The notes under the pieces are model-generated. The model was not told the origin of the DNA. It saw only the letters and a list, made by a program, of their open reading frames with translations, and did no database searches. A DNA stretch of 64,000 nt from Amoebidium appalachense (lineage: Eukaryota > Protista > Ichthyosporea): the NCBI GenBank assembly GCA_963693365.1, contig CAVNZM010000006.1:8249355-8313354 (forward strand), in the 5' to 3' direction. Of this stretch, positions 1 to 9,123 are shown piece by piece; within the stretch, counting starts at the first letter, position 1; every line of letters begins with the position of its first letter. Position numbers and translations under genes: made by a program.

Positions 1-352
1 AGAATTGAACCATATATGGTTCTTCAGCTGCATACCACATAAACGAAGTGAACCAATAAGAGGTTTGCATAAATAGGACAAAGGTCTGACTGGCTCGGAC
101 CGCACCAGAATCACGAATGGCATGTTGCCACCCGCGCTGGCCGCGGATGAACCAATCCTGGGCCTTGATCCGAAACCTGGGGGCTATATAAGAAAGCCGT
201 CCCAGTACGGGGATCACATCAGTGAAGTCTGAGACAGACTGAGTCGGCCCATAGTAAAAGCAACCTGGCCGCGTGTGCCTTTCTACCCGTTCTCTGTCTT
301 TATTTTGATTCAGTTGTACTCTGCCTTATCCTAACTAGTCCAACTGTTTACA
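1..352 (+). mobile_element. Probable 3' part of an LTR abutting the viral region
   Basis: Non-coding; CCAAT (~152), TATATAA (~186), AGTAAA (~253), T-rich U5-like tract ending ...TGTTTACA at 352; gene-dense sequence follows. The partner LTR is not in the window. Confidence 0.35.
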
Positions 353-600
353 AAGGGGTCGAAGGCGCAGACACAGGCGCAGCCGCGCAAAACATATCAG
401 ATTTGACGGCCCCGAATCAGCTTGAAACCATGCGGCAACGGCATGCAGCACCGGCAACCTAATAAAACAAATGCGTACACAGTGTAAATGCGTGCTGTTT
501 GGCTCCTTCTGTTTCTGTTGTTTGTCGGCGCTGCCGTCTTTATTTGGACTAGCCCGTGAAGGGCTCGGTTAAGAATTGATGTTTTCTTCATGCTCGTGGG

Positions 601-813
601 CTACACAGCCTTTGTCTTTGCCAGCAACTGCTTGCGGGTCTTGCGCACCAATTTTAGGAAGTCCTTGCCCTCGTGTTCGGCCTGGTCGAGGCGGGCAAGT
701 GCCGTCTTCATGGTCGACGGCTGCGAGGGGATGGCGGGGGCTTTGGCGCGTCTCGTGCGAGACTTCCTCTTGGACACGCCGATCTGCTCGAGGATTAGGT
801 CGTCCAGTGTCAT
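601..813 (-). CDS. Small basic hypothetical protein (70 aa, MTLDDLILEQ...)
   Basis: ATG at 813 inside ORF 601..930; K/R-rich (KRKSRTRRAK); co-oriented with neighbours. Confidence 0.55.
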   Translation of the reverse strand: MTLDDLILEQIGVSKRKSRTRRAKAPAIPSQPSTMKTALARLDQAEHEGKDFLKLVRKTRKQLLAKTKAV

Positions 814-868
814 TCTAACAGCACTGCCGAATAAACGGGGAGCTGCCAACCGTTGGGCGCAAAACCAC

Positions 869-1144
869 CTACAGCCTCTCGAGTGCGGGAACCGCGTACT
901 GGAGAAGTGCGTATATGATGCCCACGGCAATCAAGCTCCGCGTGATGTTCTGCTCGCCACGTCCCTGCCAGACCAGGAAGAACAGGAACACGTACTGCAG
1001 CCAGGGCCACTTGCGCCCCAGGCGGTGGAGCGAGTCGTTGGGTGGGTAGGCCATGTAGGCGGTCAACCCGGTGATGGTAGCCTGGAAAAGGGGGTTTCTC
1101 ATGTATGCCCTCATCCCATAATCGACACCCGTGGCCAAAGACAT
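869..1144 (-). CDS. Small multi-pass membrane protein (91 aa)
   Basis: Three hydrophobic segments (LFQATITGLTAYMAY, WLQYVFLFFLVW, SLIAVGIIYALLQY); TATAATG start context. Confidence 0.65.
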   Translation of the reverse strand: MSLATGVDYGMRAYMRNPLFQATITGLTAYMAYPPNDSLHRLGRKWPWLQYVFLFFLVWQGRGEQNITRSLIAVGIIYALLQYAVPALERL

Positions 1145-1200
1145 TATACCCTACCACCAAATTATATCGAACGGCTGCTGTCTGGAGGCATTTTGGCGGT

Positions 1201-1716
1201 TTAGAGAATCTCGAGCCCGGCGTCGTCCAAGCGCATGCGTGCCACCCCCGTTGCCGAGGTGAACAGCAGTCCCGAGTCCCCGGCTGCCTCGATGCGCCAG
1301 CCGTTTGCAAAAACAAAGTGGCCGTCGAAATTGCCTACAAGCCTGTCCATCCACGGGCTCTGTATTCGTCCGTCACGTGTGACCGTGAGCACATCCTGGC
1401 CGTTACCTGTTCGTAGGCGCCCGCGCACGTGCGGATCGACATAGACCATAAGGTCCTTGATCTTGGGGAAATATGGCAGCGGCTCGTCCAGCACCAGCAG
1501 CCCCCGTGCGAGCTCAACCGACTGGATCGTGCGTACGTGGTGAAGCACAGCCAGGGCCTGTCCTGGGTAGAAGAAGTACTCGGGGCTCGTGACGTTCCTG
1601 AACCTGAGGTTGCCCTTGTCCCAGCTGAACCCCCCCTGCACGCCTATGGAAAGCGGTTGGTCGGAGTCCCAGGCCATGCACCTGACCGTCGCGGTGTCCA
1701 GCTCGCATCCCGACAT
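1201..1716 (-). CDS. Beta-rich hypothetical protein, possibly virion fibre-like
   Basis: ATG at 1716 (MSGCELDT); beta-strand pattern such as RTIQSVELARGLLVLDEPL and NGWRIEAAGDSGLLF. The fibre role is inference. Confidence 0.55.
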   Translation of the reverse strand: MSGCELDTATVRCMAWDSDQPLSIGVQGGFSWDKGNLRFRNVTSPEYFFYPGQALAVLHHVRTIQSVELARGLLVLDEPLPYFPKIKDLMVYVDPHVRGRLRTGNGQDVLTVTRDGRIQSPWMDRLVGNFDGHFVFANGWRIEAAGDSGLLFTSATGVARMRLDDAGLEIL

Positions 1717-1732
1717 TATTGCGTGGCTCTGC

Positions 1733-2233
1733 ATGGATAACCGCCATGATAACAGTCATTCGCGCGTCTTTGCGGCCGAGCTCGACGGGCAGGTGGGTGC
1801 GAGAGATGTGGCTCGACGGCTGCTGGAGAACGGGGCGAGGGCGGTATGCTCGGCAGGCAGTGAGGGTGGTGTTCGAGTGTGCGTGCTGTACCGGAGCTTT
1901 CGGGGCGCGGGCGAGGTGATGGGTGTGCTTGCGGCTTTCAAGTGCAGGAGGTGTGTGGTGCGACGTCCAACAAACGCGTTCAAGGACTGGCTGGAGGTCG
2001 TCTCGCTAAACCGTGACCCGTGCATGTACGTACAGAAGGGGGGAAAGATGCAGCTGAGCGAGGAGCTGTTTCCAAAAGAGCTTGAGTCCATGGGCTGCTA
2101 CTGCGAGTACGTGGAGGCATGCCACTTCTACTCGCCCGTGCTCAAAAGACTGGATATGCCACTGCCCCGTCTGGGGGATATTTATTGCGAAGAGGAGACG
2201 GAGGCCAGCGAGGATGACGCGGCCGGTGACTGA
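1733..2233 (+). CDS. Hypothetical protein (166 aa) with acidic tail; weak resemblance to a Rep/HUH-fold domain
   Basis: ATG at 1733, divergent from the 1716 gene; contains CMYVQKGG (YxxK-like) but no HUH histidines. Confidence 0.55.
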   Translation: MDNRHDNSHSRVFAAELDGQVGARDVARRLLENGARAVCSAGSEGGVRVCVLYRSFRGAGEVMGVLAAFKCRRCVVRRPTNAFKDWLEVVSLNRDPCMYVQKGGKMQLSEELFPKELESMGCYCEYVEACHFYSPVLKRLDMPLPRLGDIYCEEETEASEDDAAGD

Positions 2234-3048
2234 GGGGCCGCCCCGGGGGGGCTGGGAGCTGCGGGCGGGCCGGGGGGGCTGTGGGGCTCCTCGTCGGGGT
2301 CGCAGTCGGGGGTGAGGTAGCGGTCCAGGGTGTCCTCGAGCGCTCGCTGCACGGCCGCCCAGGCGCCCTCGTCGTAGTGCAGGGTCTCGGTGTCGAGCTC
2401 ACCGCACAGGCACTGGATGAACTCGCAACTCTTAAGCCCTGTGATGGCAAAGTAGCCCATGACCTGGATGCGGTCGTAGACGGGGATGTGGAACTTGTTG
2501 ACGCGGTTCTTGACCTCGACGATGCGCCCGAGCTCGTCGCACACGCCGTCCAGGCGGCCCCCGATCTGGTAGCGCACTCCGCCACGCGTGGTGAAGGGCT
2601 TGGAGACACGGAACACGGTGTTGCGCTCGGTCAGCTTCTTGCCGGTCAGCCGCTCGTACTCGTCCATGACGGGGTCCTCGCCCGTGAGCCCGCGGGTCTT
2701 GAAGATGACGCCCCTGGCCAGCTCCCTGTCGGCGGGGTCGTCGATGGACGAGAGCGCATCGTCGATCAGCATCTTGAGCTCGTCGGCGGACTCGGCCTTG
2801 GCCATCTTCACGAGCCCGTTCTCCAGCACGTCGGCATGGCGCTTGCGGCAGAGGAACTCGGCCTTGCGGGCCGCAGCCTCGCCGAGACGGGCATTGCGCA
2901 GGCGCGAGCGAAGGTGGGGGAAGGACGAGTAGACGATCTGCTCGTTGTGGCAGAGCAGGGCGTTCACGGCATCGGCGACTTCACGATACTTGTGGCGACC
3001 AGCGAGGGCAGCGAGCTCAGTGCAGTAGATGGTCAGAATTCTGGACAT
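2182..3048 (-). CDS. YqaJ-like (lambda-exonuclease family) viral recombinase/exonuclease
   Basis: RGLTGE, IGGRLDG, IVEVKNR and YDRIQVMGY motifs of the YqaJ PD-(D/E)XK family; ATG at 3048 downstream of a TATA box at ~3102-3111. Confidence 0.85.
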   Translation of the reverse strand: MSRILTIYCTELAALAGRHKYREVADAVNALLCHNEQIVYSSFPHLRSRLRNARLGEAAARKAEFLCRKRHADVLENGLVKMAKAESADELKMLIDDALSSIDDPADRELARGVIFKTRGLTGEDPVMDEYERLTGKKLTERNTVFRVSKPFTTRGGVRYQIGGRLDGVCDELGRIVEVKNRVNKFHIPVYDRIQVMGYFAITGLKSCEFIQCLCGELDTETLHYDEGAWAAVQRALEDTLDRYLTPDCDPDEEPHSPPGPPAAPSPPGAAPQSPAASSSLASVSSSQ

Positions 3049-3237
3049 GCCTACAGGTAGCTGAGAAAATAAAAAGTGAGGGGGTTTGGTCACCGCGCGG
3101 CCTTTTATACCCTCGAACCCAGTCGCCAAAACAAGAAAAAATCGACCGCGCTTCATCGCGGCAGTCGCATCACCTCTGACTCCCGCGAAGGTATAAAAGC
3201 CGGCACACACCCATACAACCATCACACCTGCAGCAAC

Positions 3238-4938
3238 ATGTCTCTCTCTCAAACCTTTCCTTCTCTTGCCCGCGAGTGGCACCCAAGCAAGAATGCCCCG
3301 CTGTCGGCGTCGTCCGTGGGGGCAAAGTCGAACAAGAAGGTGTGGTGGCTCTGCGGCACACCGGGCTGCAACACCGAGTGGGAGGCCTACGTGTTTGCGC
3401 GGATCAAGCAGGAGCCAGGCTGCGTCGCGTGCCGCAAGAAGGCCGACCCCAAGAAGTACTTTACCAAGAAGCTCGATGCCGACAAGACCTTTGCGGCGCT
3501 CTTCCCCGACATTTCCGCAGAATGGCACTTTGAGAAGAACACCCCCATCACCCCCTCCGACATCGGCAAGGCAAGCAACGTCTTCTGGTGGAAATGTTCC
3601 AGTCCCGGTTGTGATGTCGAGTGGCAGGCGAGCCCCTCGAACCGCACGAAGAACGGACCTGGCTGCCCGGCATGCAAGCGCAAGGGGATAAGCATGCGCG
3701 TGAAGACGGATGAGACACTCCAGGCAAAGTTCCCGGCCATCGCCGCCGAGTGGCATCCCACGAAGAATGGTGAGGCCACGCCGGACAGCGTGCACCACGG
3801 CAAGAAGATGAAGGTCTGGTGGGTGTGCACGAACGGTCACGAGTGGGAGAACTGGATTCACAACCGCACACGACTCGGCAACGCCTGCCCCAACTGTGCC
3901 AGCAACAAGAGGGCTCGCGCGCTCGGGCCTGACGAAGTCGAGACGCCGGCCACCAAACGCCCGCGCAAAGAACTGCCCAAGAACGACGAGGAGTACGCCG
4001 AGAAGCGACACGCCAACCTTGAACGACGAAGCGCCCATGGCATCGAGATAGGTGCAGTAGGAAAGAAGTGGGTGATGGGCATGTTCAGAGAGGCTGGTCT
4101 GACCATTATGCCGACAAGGGAAAGTTGTGGCGCAGATTTCCTTTGGGTGACGGAGCCTGGTGACGAACCCCGTGGCTTTGCGGTGACGGTTAAAACCAGC
4201 ACCCGACGGGACAAAACAGATTATGCGTTCATGCGATGCAACAAATACTCAGGTGGACTGGTCGCGTGTGTTGGGGACAATGGCGAGACACGGCGACTGT
4301 GGATGTTCGCGGGAAACGAATCAGTCATGAATTCTTCGGGCCAAATTAGGATTGGGCAAGGGGGGCGGACTAGATTTTCGGACCGTCAGGTCGCATCAAC
4401 TGACGAATTGCTGAATGTACTTGAGGGCCTGAAGAAGAACCTCCAAATACAATCATACATTCAAACAAACACCCCAAAGGGAATAAAGCAGGTGCGGGAG
4501 ATGGAGACGCAGGCTGCCATCGAGGAAGTACTCCAGACCAAATTTGTGTATCCAGAGGCACATGAACACAACGCGCGATACGACATGTACTGGAAGGGCA
4601 AAAGGATCCAGGCCAAGACGGCGACGGACATGGGTTCGTATTGGCAGTTTAAACTCGCGACATATGCCGGTGGACCCATACGTGAAACATATTATGCCAT
4701 AGGCGACTTTGACTTTGTTATGGTGTATCTTCCCGGTTCTTCACCGAGTGTTTTATTCGTCCCTGCCTCAGAGCTTCACCGACGAGGGCTGATCGCTGAT
4801 GCCCACGGTCCTCGAGCGGCACCCTGTGTGACATTGAAGAAGCATGGTGGGGGGAAGCACGGCTGGCTCCTGGATTTCAGATATCCTATAGTCCAGGGGT
4901 TGGAGGAAAGCTTCTTATCAATCCTGGAGCGTTTCTAG
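3238..4938 (+). CDS. Three DUF4379-type zinc-ribbon repeats plus two PD-(D/E)XK nuclease domains (homing-endonuclease-like)
   Basis: 3x EWH..KN...WWxC...W...R...CxxC; C-terminal ADF...VKTS and YDM...IQAKT motifs; GGTATAAAAG at 3190. Confidence 0.8.
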   Translation: MSLSQTFPSLAREWHPSKNAPLSASSVGAKSNKKVWWLCGTPGCNTEWEAYVFARIKQEPGCVACRKKADPKKYFTKKLDADKTFAALFPDISAEWHFEKNTPITPSDIGKASNVFWWKCSSPGCDVEWQASPSNRTKNGPGCPACKRKGISMRVKTDETLQAKFPAIAAEWHPTKNGEATPDSVHHGKKMKVWWVCTNGHEWENWIHNRTRLGNACPNCASNKRARALGPDEVETPATKRPRKELPKNDEEYAEKRHANLERRSAHGIEIGAVGKKWVMGMFREAGLTIMPTRESCGADFLWVTEPGDEPRGFAVTVKTSTRRDKTDYAFMRCNKYSGGLVACVGDNGETRRLWMFAGNESVMNSSGQIRIGQGGRTRFSDRQVASTDELLNVLEGLKKNLQIQSYIQTNTPKGIKQVREMETQAAIEEVLQTKFVYPEAHEHNARYDMYWKGKRIQAKTATDMGSYWQFKLATYAGGPIRETYYAIGDFDFVMVYLPGSSPSVLFVPASELHRRGLIADAHGPRAAPCVTLKKHGGGKHGWLLDFRYPIVQGLEESFLSILERF

Positions 4939-5006
4939 TGTTGCAGGAGTAGTGACCACTGTGGCAGGTCCACGTCGTTTATGCATGGTTTTTAGTCGTA
5001 TGTATT

Positions 5007-6389
5007 TCAATAAAGGCGGAAATTTGTATAATCTATACAACGAACACAACATACTTGCAATAATCCACGGTATAGAATTAAGATGGGTGACCAGGAGAAG
5101 CGCAGACTGAGCATCCCACCACTGATGCTCACTAGGTTGTGACCTCTGGCATATACCCAGAAGTCCACGGTGCCGCTGAGGGACTCGTGAAGCTCCAGGT
5201 TCAGGTCAATCGTGTCGATGCGGGAGAAGTTCGTGCTGCCTGTGGGCTGGATGGAGTCTTCGGGCTGGAGGGCATAGGGGATCATGAACATCTTGAGCGT
5301 AGGGGCACGGGTGTGGTACTTCTGGACCAGCACCTTGTGCGAGAACAGCCCGCTGTAGTTGTACTGCATGCCGGTGTTGTTGTACTTGACGTCGATCTTC
5401 TGGATGGGTAGGTACAGCGGGTTGTTGGGGCTCTTGCCAGGCGAGGCAAAGTTGAAGAAGTCGTTCTTGCCGGGCTCGTTGTTGCGTGTGCGGGGCTGGC
5501 ACACGATGAGCAGCTCCTTGACAGGGAAGCCGAAGTTGAGCTGCTGTGTGAGGGTAGCCTTCTCGTTGGGCCTGCTGTTGACGTTGGAGCTGAACATCTT
5601 CTCCTGCCACAGGTCCACGAGGTAGTCGTGGCGCTGGGCCTGGGCCCACATGGCACGTTCCTGCTCGTCCACGAAGATGTACTCGACGATGATGCTGCTG
5701 TCGGATATCTTGCCACCATGAGCGTCGTTGGTGGAGCTGGAGGGCTTCTGGTCGCCGACGTCGTTGATGAGGTCACGCAGGGGCTTGGTGTCGATGTCGA
5801 TGCGCACGGTGTGGAACTGCAGGGCGACAATGGGCAGGGCAGCACCATACCTCCTGTTGAACCAGAACTGCAGGGGAAAGAAGTACTCCATCTCGTGGTT
5901 GGCCCACTCGCGCAGCTGGCTCACATGATCGGCCTTGCCAATGGCGATGCCCAGCCCCTTGCCAGGGGGTGTCTCGATGTCCTCGAGCAGAGCGAGAAGG
6001 CGGCCCACGTGCTGGTCGATGCGGTATGTCCCCACGTTCAGCTCGATGCGGTTGAAGAGGGCAAAGGGCAGCATGTTGACAAAGTGGGCGTCGTAGGGAA
6101 GGGGGCCAATCGAGGCGTTGGAGACGGCGTTGGGTGGCCCACGCTTAAGAGCGCCTACCTTGAAGTGGATCCAAAGGTCCTTGATGAGGTCTCCGGAACG
6201 ACTAATCTCGCAGTTGCAGCCGGTGGCGCCGTAGTCCAGGGCGGTCTGGAAGTTGACCCTAAAGAACTCAATGGAGAAGTTGCTGATCTGCGCATACTTG
6301 CTGCGGAACAGGGTCTTGGTGGGTTTGAAGGTCAGAACGGAATCCTGAACGCCCTTGGACACCAGCTGCACAATCGCCGAGCTAGACAT
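5007..6389 (-). CDS. mcp: NCLDV-type double jelly-roll major capsid protein
   Basis: N-terminus VQLVSKGVQDSVLT..P..T.F; ISRSGDLI; PLQFWF...ALPIVALQFH; FPVKEL; YALQPE...QPTGSTNFSRID; C-terminal VYARGHNLVSISGG. These are hallmark NCLDV MCP motifs. Confidence 0.96.
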   Translation of the reverse strand: MSSSAIVQLVSKGVQDSVLTFKPTKTLFRSKYAQISNFSIEFFRVNFQTALDYGATGCNCEISRSGDLIKDLWIHFKVGALKRGPPNAVSNASIGPLPYDAHFVNMLPFALFNRIELNVGTYRIDQHVGRLLALLEDIETPPGKGLGIAIGKADHVSQLREWANHEMEYFFPLQFWFNRRYGAALPIVALQFHTVRIDIDTKPLRDLINDVGDQKPSSSTNDAHGGKISDSSIIVEYIFVDEQERAMWAQAQRHDYLVDLWQEKMFSSNVNSRPNEKATLTQQLNFGFPVKELLIVCQPRTRNNEPGKNDFFNFASPGKSPNNPLYLPIQKIDVKYNNTGMQYNYSGLFSHKVLVQKYHTRAPTLKMFMIPYALQPEDSIQPTGSTNFSRIDTIDLNLELHESLSGTVDFWVYARGHNLVSISGGMLSLRFSWSPILILYRGLLQVCCVRCIDYTNFRLY

Positions 6390-6477
6390 GTTTAATAGAC
6401 GCGCACATAATATTGCGCTCTCGTGGGTCTGGATGCATATCGTACCATCAAACAGACTTTTTGCGGCCAACAGCAGG

Positions 6478-7250
6478 ATGCCCTACGCAACGTTCGAGGC
6501 CCTGTACAACGACTTCGGCGGCCCGGCCCGCCGGCTGCAGATACTCGCCACGGACCGCTACGCGAGGGATTTCGACATCCCTGAGCCCGTGGTGCGGGAC
6601 TGCGCGCTGCTGCTTGCGCACGCGATCGACGAGTTCACGGAACAGCTGGCCCACGAGGCGCCGCTGCCGCTGTCTGCCCTCGGGATCGTCGACATGGCGC
6701 ACTACATCTGGGGACTGCTCGAGACGGCCGAAGTCAAGAAGTTCCCGTTCAGCAAGGCGCTGCGCGTGGCCGAGGACGTGTACCAGCGCACGAGGCTGGC
6801 ATGCATGTCGTCCACGGCGGCGGACTTCAACCGTACGGTCGTGGACGCATGCGGCACGCCCGCCACGGTGGTGACGGACATCAGCAGGTACTCGCGCTTC
6901 TACGAGCTGCCGCTGGCGGACGTGGCCACAATCAACAGGTGGCTTGTGACAACCAAGCGACAGCTGGCAAGCGACCCGATGAAGGTACTGGATGTCCCCA
7001 AGCCCATCCAGCGCATGCGCCCGCGCACCCGCTGCGTGAAGCGGGAGGAGGCGCAGAGCCGGCGCATGGAGCTGCACGAGGACCTGTTCCAGCGCTGGCG
7101 CAACACCGTCTACAAGCCGGACAACATGGTGGCCATGCCGACCCACGAGGTGGACAAGAATACCCTGCTGGCCGTGCACCACCGGCGGCTCACCGGGCAG
7201 CACGTCGAAAAGTTTGTGTCGGGGACGGCGGAGGACATCCAGGGAAAACC
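6478..7250 (+). CDS. Hypothetical protein divergent from MCP; 3' end uncertain (frame runs on to 7980)
   Basis: ATG at 6478 (MPYATFEAL); strong GC3 bias to ~7250, after which the frame is antisense to the next gene. Confidence 0.6.
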
Positions 7251-8157
7251 GGCGCACGGGGTACACCTTGACCGGGCGCAGATCCCCCTGCACCATCTTC
7301 AACGTCTCCTCGGGCTCGCAGCCCTCCTGCTCGCGCCACGTGCGTGCGAGCATCCGGCCGACCGTGCTGCTGGACCTGTCGGTGATGCCTCGGTCGACGA
7401 GGAACTTCCCGACGGTCACGTACCCGCCGATCGCAGACTCCTCGATGGCCGCACGCTCGCCGGCGGGCACGAGCACGTTGGCCACGGCGTCGTTGAGCAG
7501 CATGATGCGCATGCGCGGGTCCCTGTCGAGGCCGAACTCCTCGAGGAGGCTGCGGTAGCTCTTGATGTTCTCCACACGCATGCGCCCGTTCTCCTCCTTC
7601 ATGCGCTCGTTCTCAATGTGCATGCGCTCGACCTCGGCCTCCTCCCGCTTCACGCGCAGGCGACGCTCCTCCTCCAGCTCTTCGCGGCGTCGCTTGCGCT
7701 CGGGGGTCTCGTCGGTGCCGTTGCGGAAAAACGCACGCTCCTCGGATGTGCTGCCGTCATAGCGGGCCTCGATCTCGGGGATGAGCGAGAGGTCGCCGGA
7801 GAGCAGGCGGGCTACGTAGGTGGCACACGTCCTGCGGAACACATGGGCGCGCTTGCCGGGGAGCAGGAAGATGATCTCGAGGAGGACCCGGAAGGGGGCG
7901 ATTGGGGTGGGTTTTCCAACCCCATTGATCTGGGCGTCCTCAGCCTCGCTGAGGATGTCAACAACACTATGGTCCTTTGATTTCTTAATCTGTGACCATG
8001 CCTCGTACATCGCCGCCTTTCCAATCACCATTGAAATCACATCTAGGACACTTGCCATGTTCTTGTCTCTGTCAATGCGCATAGTGCAACCTTTGAACTG
8101 GGGGAACTCCTTCCAAAGAAGCGACATGTCGCCTTTTTTGTTCTGCTCGCCAGCCAT
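7245..8157 (-). CDS. Bro-N/KilA-like DNA-binding family protein, copy 1 (coiled-coil C-terminus; stop apparently missing)
   Basis: ASVLDVI...INGVGKPTPIAPF...LLPGKRAHVFR...LLSGDLSLIPEIE; aligns with the 20702-21642 paralog up to VKVYPV. Confidence 0.75.
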
Positions 8158-8235
8158 GCTGTGTCAGAATGACTGGTTTTGCACGGGTGGTGCTCTTTTA
8201 TACCTTGTGATCTTGCAGGTGGCTAGGGTAAAACC

Positions 8236-8931
8236 CTACAAACCCCTGCGCCTTGCTCCCAAGGGTTCCTGCCCACCCATCGCAATCGTCACAATGTCAT
8301 TTACCGCGCTGTACACACAGAACCCCTCTGCGTGTGGGTTGTAGCGCAGCCACCGGCACCCCAGCGCTTTTGTGATGTAGTTCTGGCGCACCTCCTCATA
8401 CACTGGGTCACGGTCGTCATGGTTGTGCTCGTCGCACTCAACCGCCAGATTCAGAGCCGGAAAATAGAGATCGATACGATATGGCTTTACGTAGAACTGT
8501 GGGGAGCTTTCAAAGTACGCCGTGCACCGCCGGATAACAGAGATGGTTTCGCTTTCAATGTAAGTTTGCATTATCACACCTACCGGCAATTCAAACTTAG
8601 AAGCCCAGTAGGCTTTTTTGTCGGCTGATAGCCTGCAGCCAGGGAGGATGGCAGCAACTATCTGGCGCATGCCATCCCACGAAGCAACAGGGGTCAGCTT
8701 GCCCTTTCCGTTGATCCGGAGAAGGGAAACTCCGATGTTCGGGTCTTTAGACTTCTTGAGATCAAACCATGCAGACCTTGCTGCATTGGCAGTGCCGAGT
8801 ACCAGAGATACTACATCCAGCACACTTGCCGTCTTGGTAACCTCGTCGATGCGAATGGTAGCAACCTTGAACCAGGGGAACTCCTTCCAGAGCATCGACA
8901 TGTCGCCTTTTTTGTTCTGCTCGCCAGCCAT
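8236..8931 (-). CDS. Bro-N/KilA-like N-domain fused to a DUF559/Vsr-like endonuclease (copy 2)
   Basis: Same N-terminus MAGEQNKKGDMS.LWKEFP; C-terminal QF.V..YRIDLYF...LAVECDEHNH...RQ..I...LGCRWLRYNP. Confidence 0.82.
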   Translation of the reverse strand: MAGEQNKKGDMSMLWKEFPWFKVATIRIDEVTKTASVLDVVSLVLGTANAARSAWFDLKKSKDPNIGVSLLRINGKGKLTPVASWDGMRQIVAAILPGCRLSADKKAYWASKFELPVGVIMQTYIESETISVIRRCTAYFESSPQFYVKPYRIDLYFPALNLAVECDEHNHDDRDPVYEEVRQNYITKALGCRWLRYNPHAEGFCVYSAVNDIVTIAMGGQEPLGARRRGL

Positions 8932-9123
8932 GCTGTGTCCGACTGGCCTCCTCTGCCGGGCGCTGCTCTTTTATACCTTCAGACCAGGAGAACGGGAGCC
9001 CCGACGCTCGGCACGGTTGGTGTCGGCCTCCCAGGCTGCCAGCCGCTTGTCGTAGAGTAAACTGCATCAACACGGAAAGTGCACCGGACGTGCACATGTA
9101 GCAATCTTTTTGGGGTCCCGGGT

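Noticed and set aside
397-591. 64-aa ORF at the viral left edge
   Set aside because: Short, with no motif; may be a truncated gene but cannot be supported.
2182-4038. 618-aa ORF as one protein
   Set aside because: The N-terminal part is antisense to the Zn-ribbon gene; YqaJ homology starts at ATG 3048.
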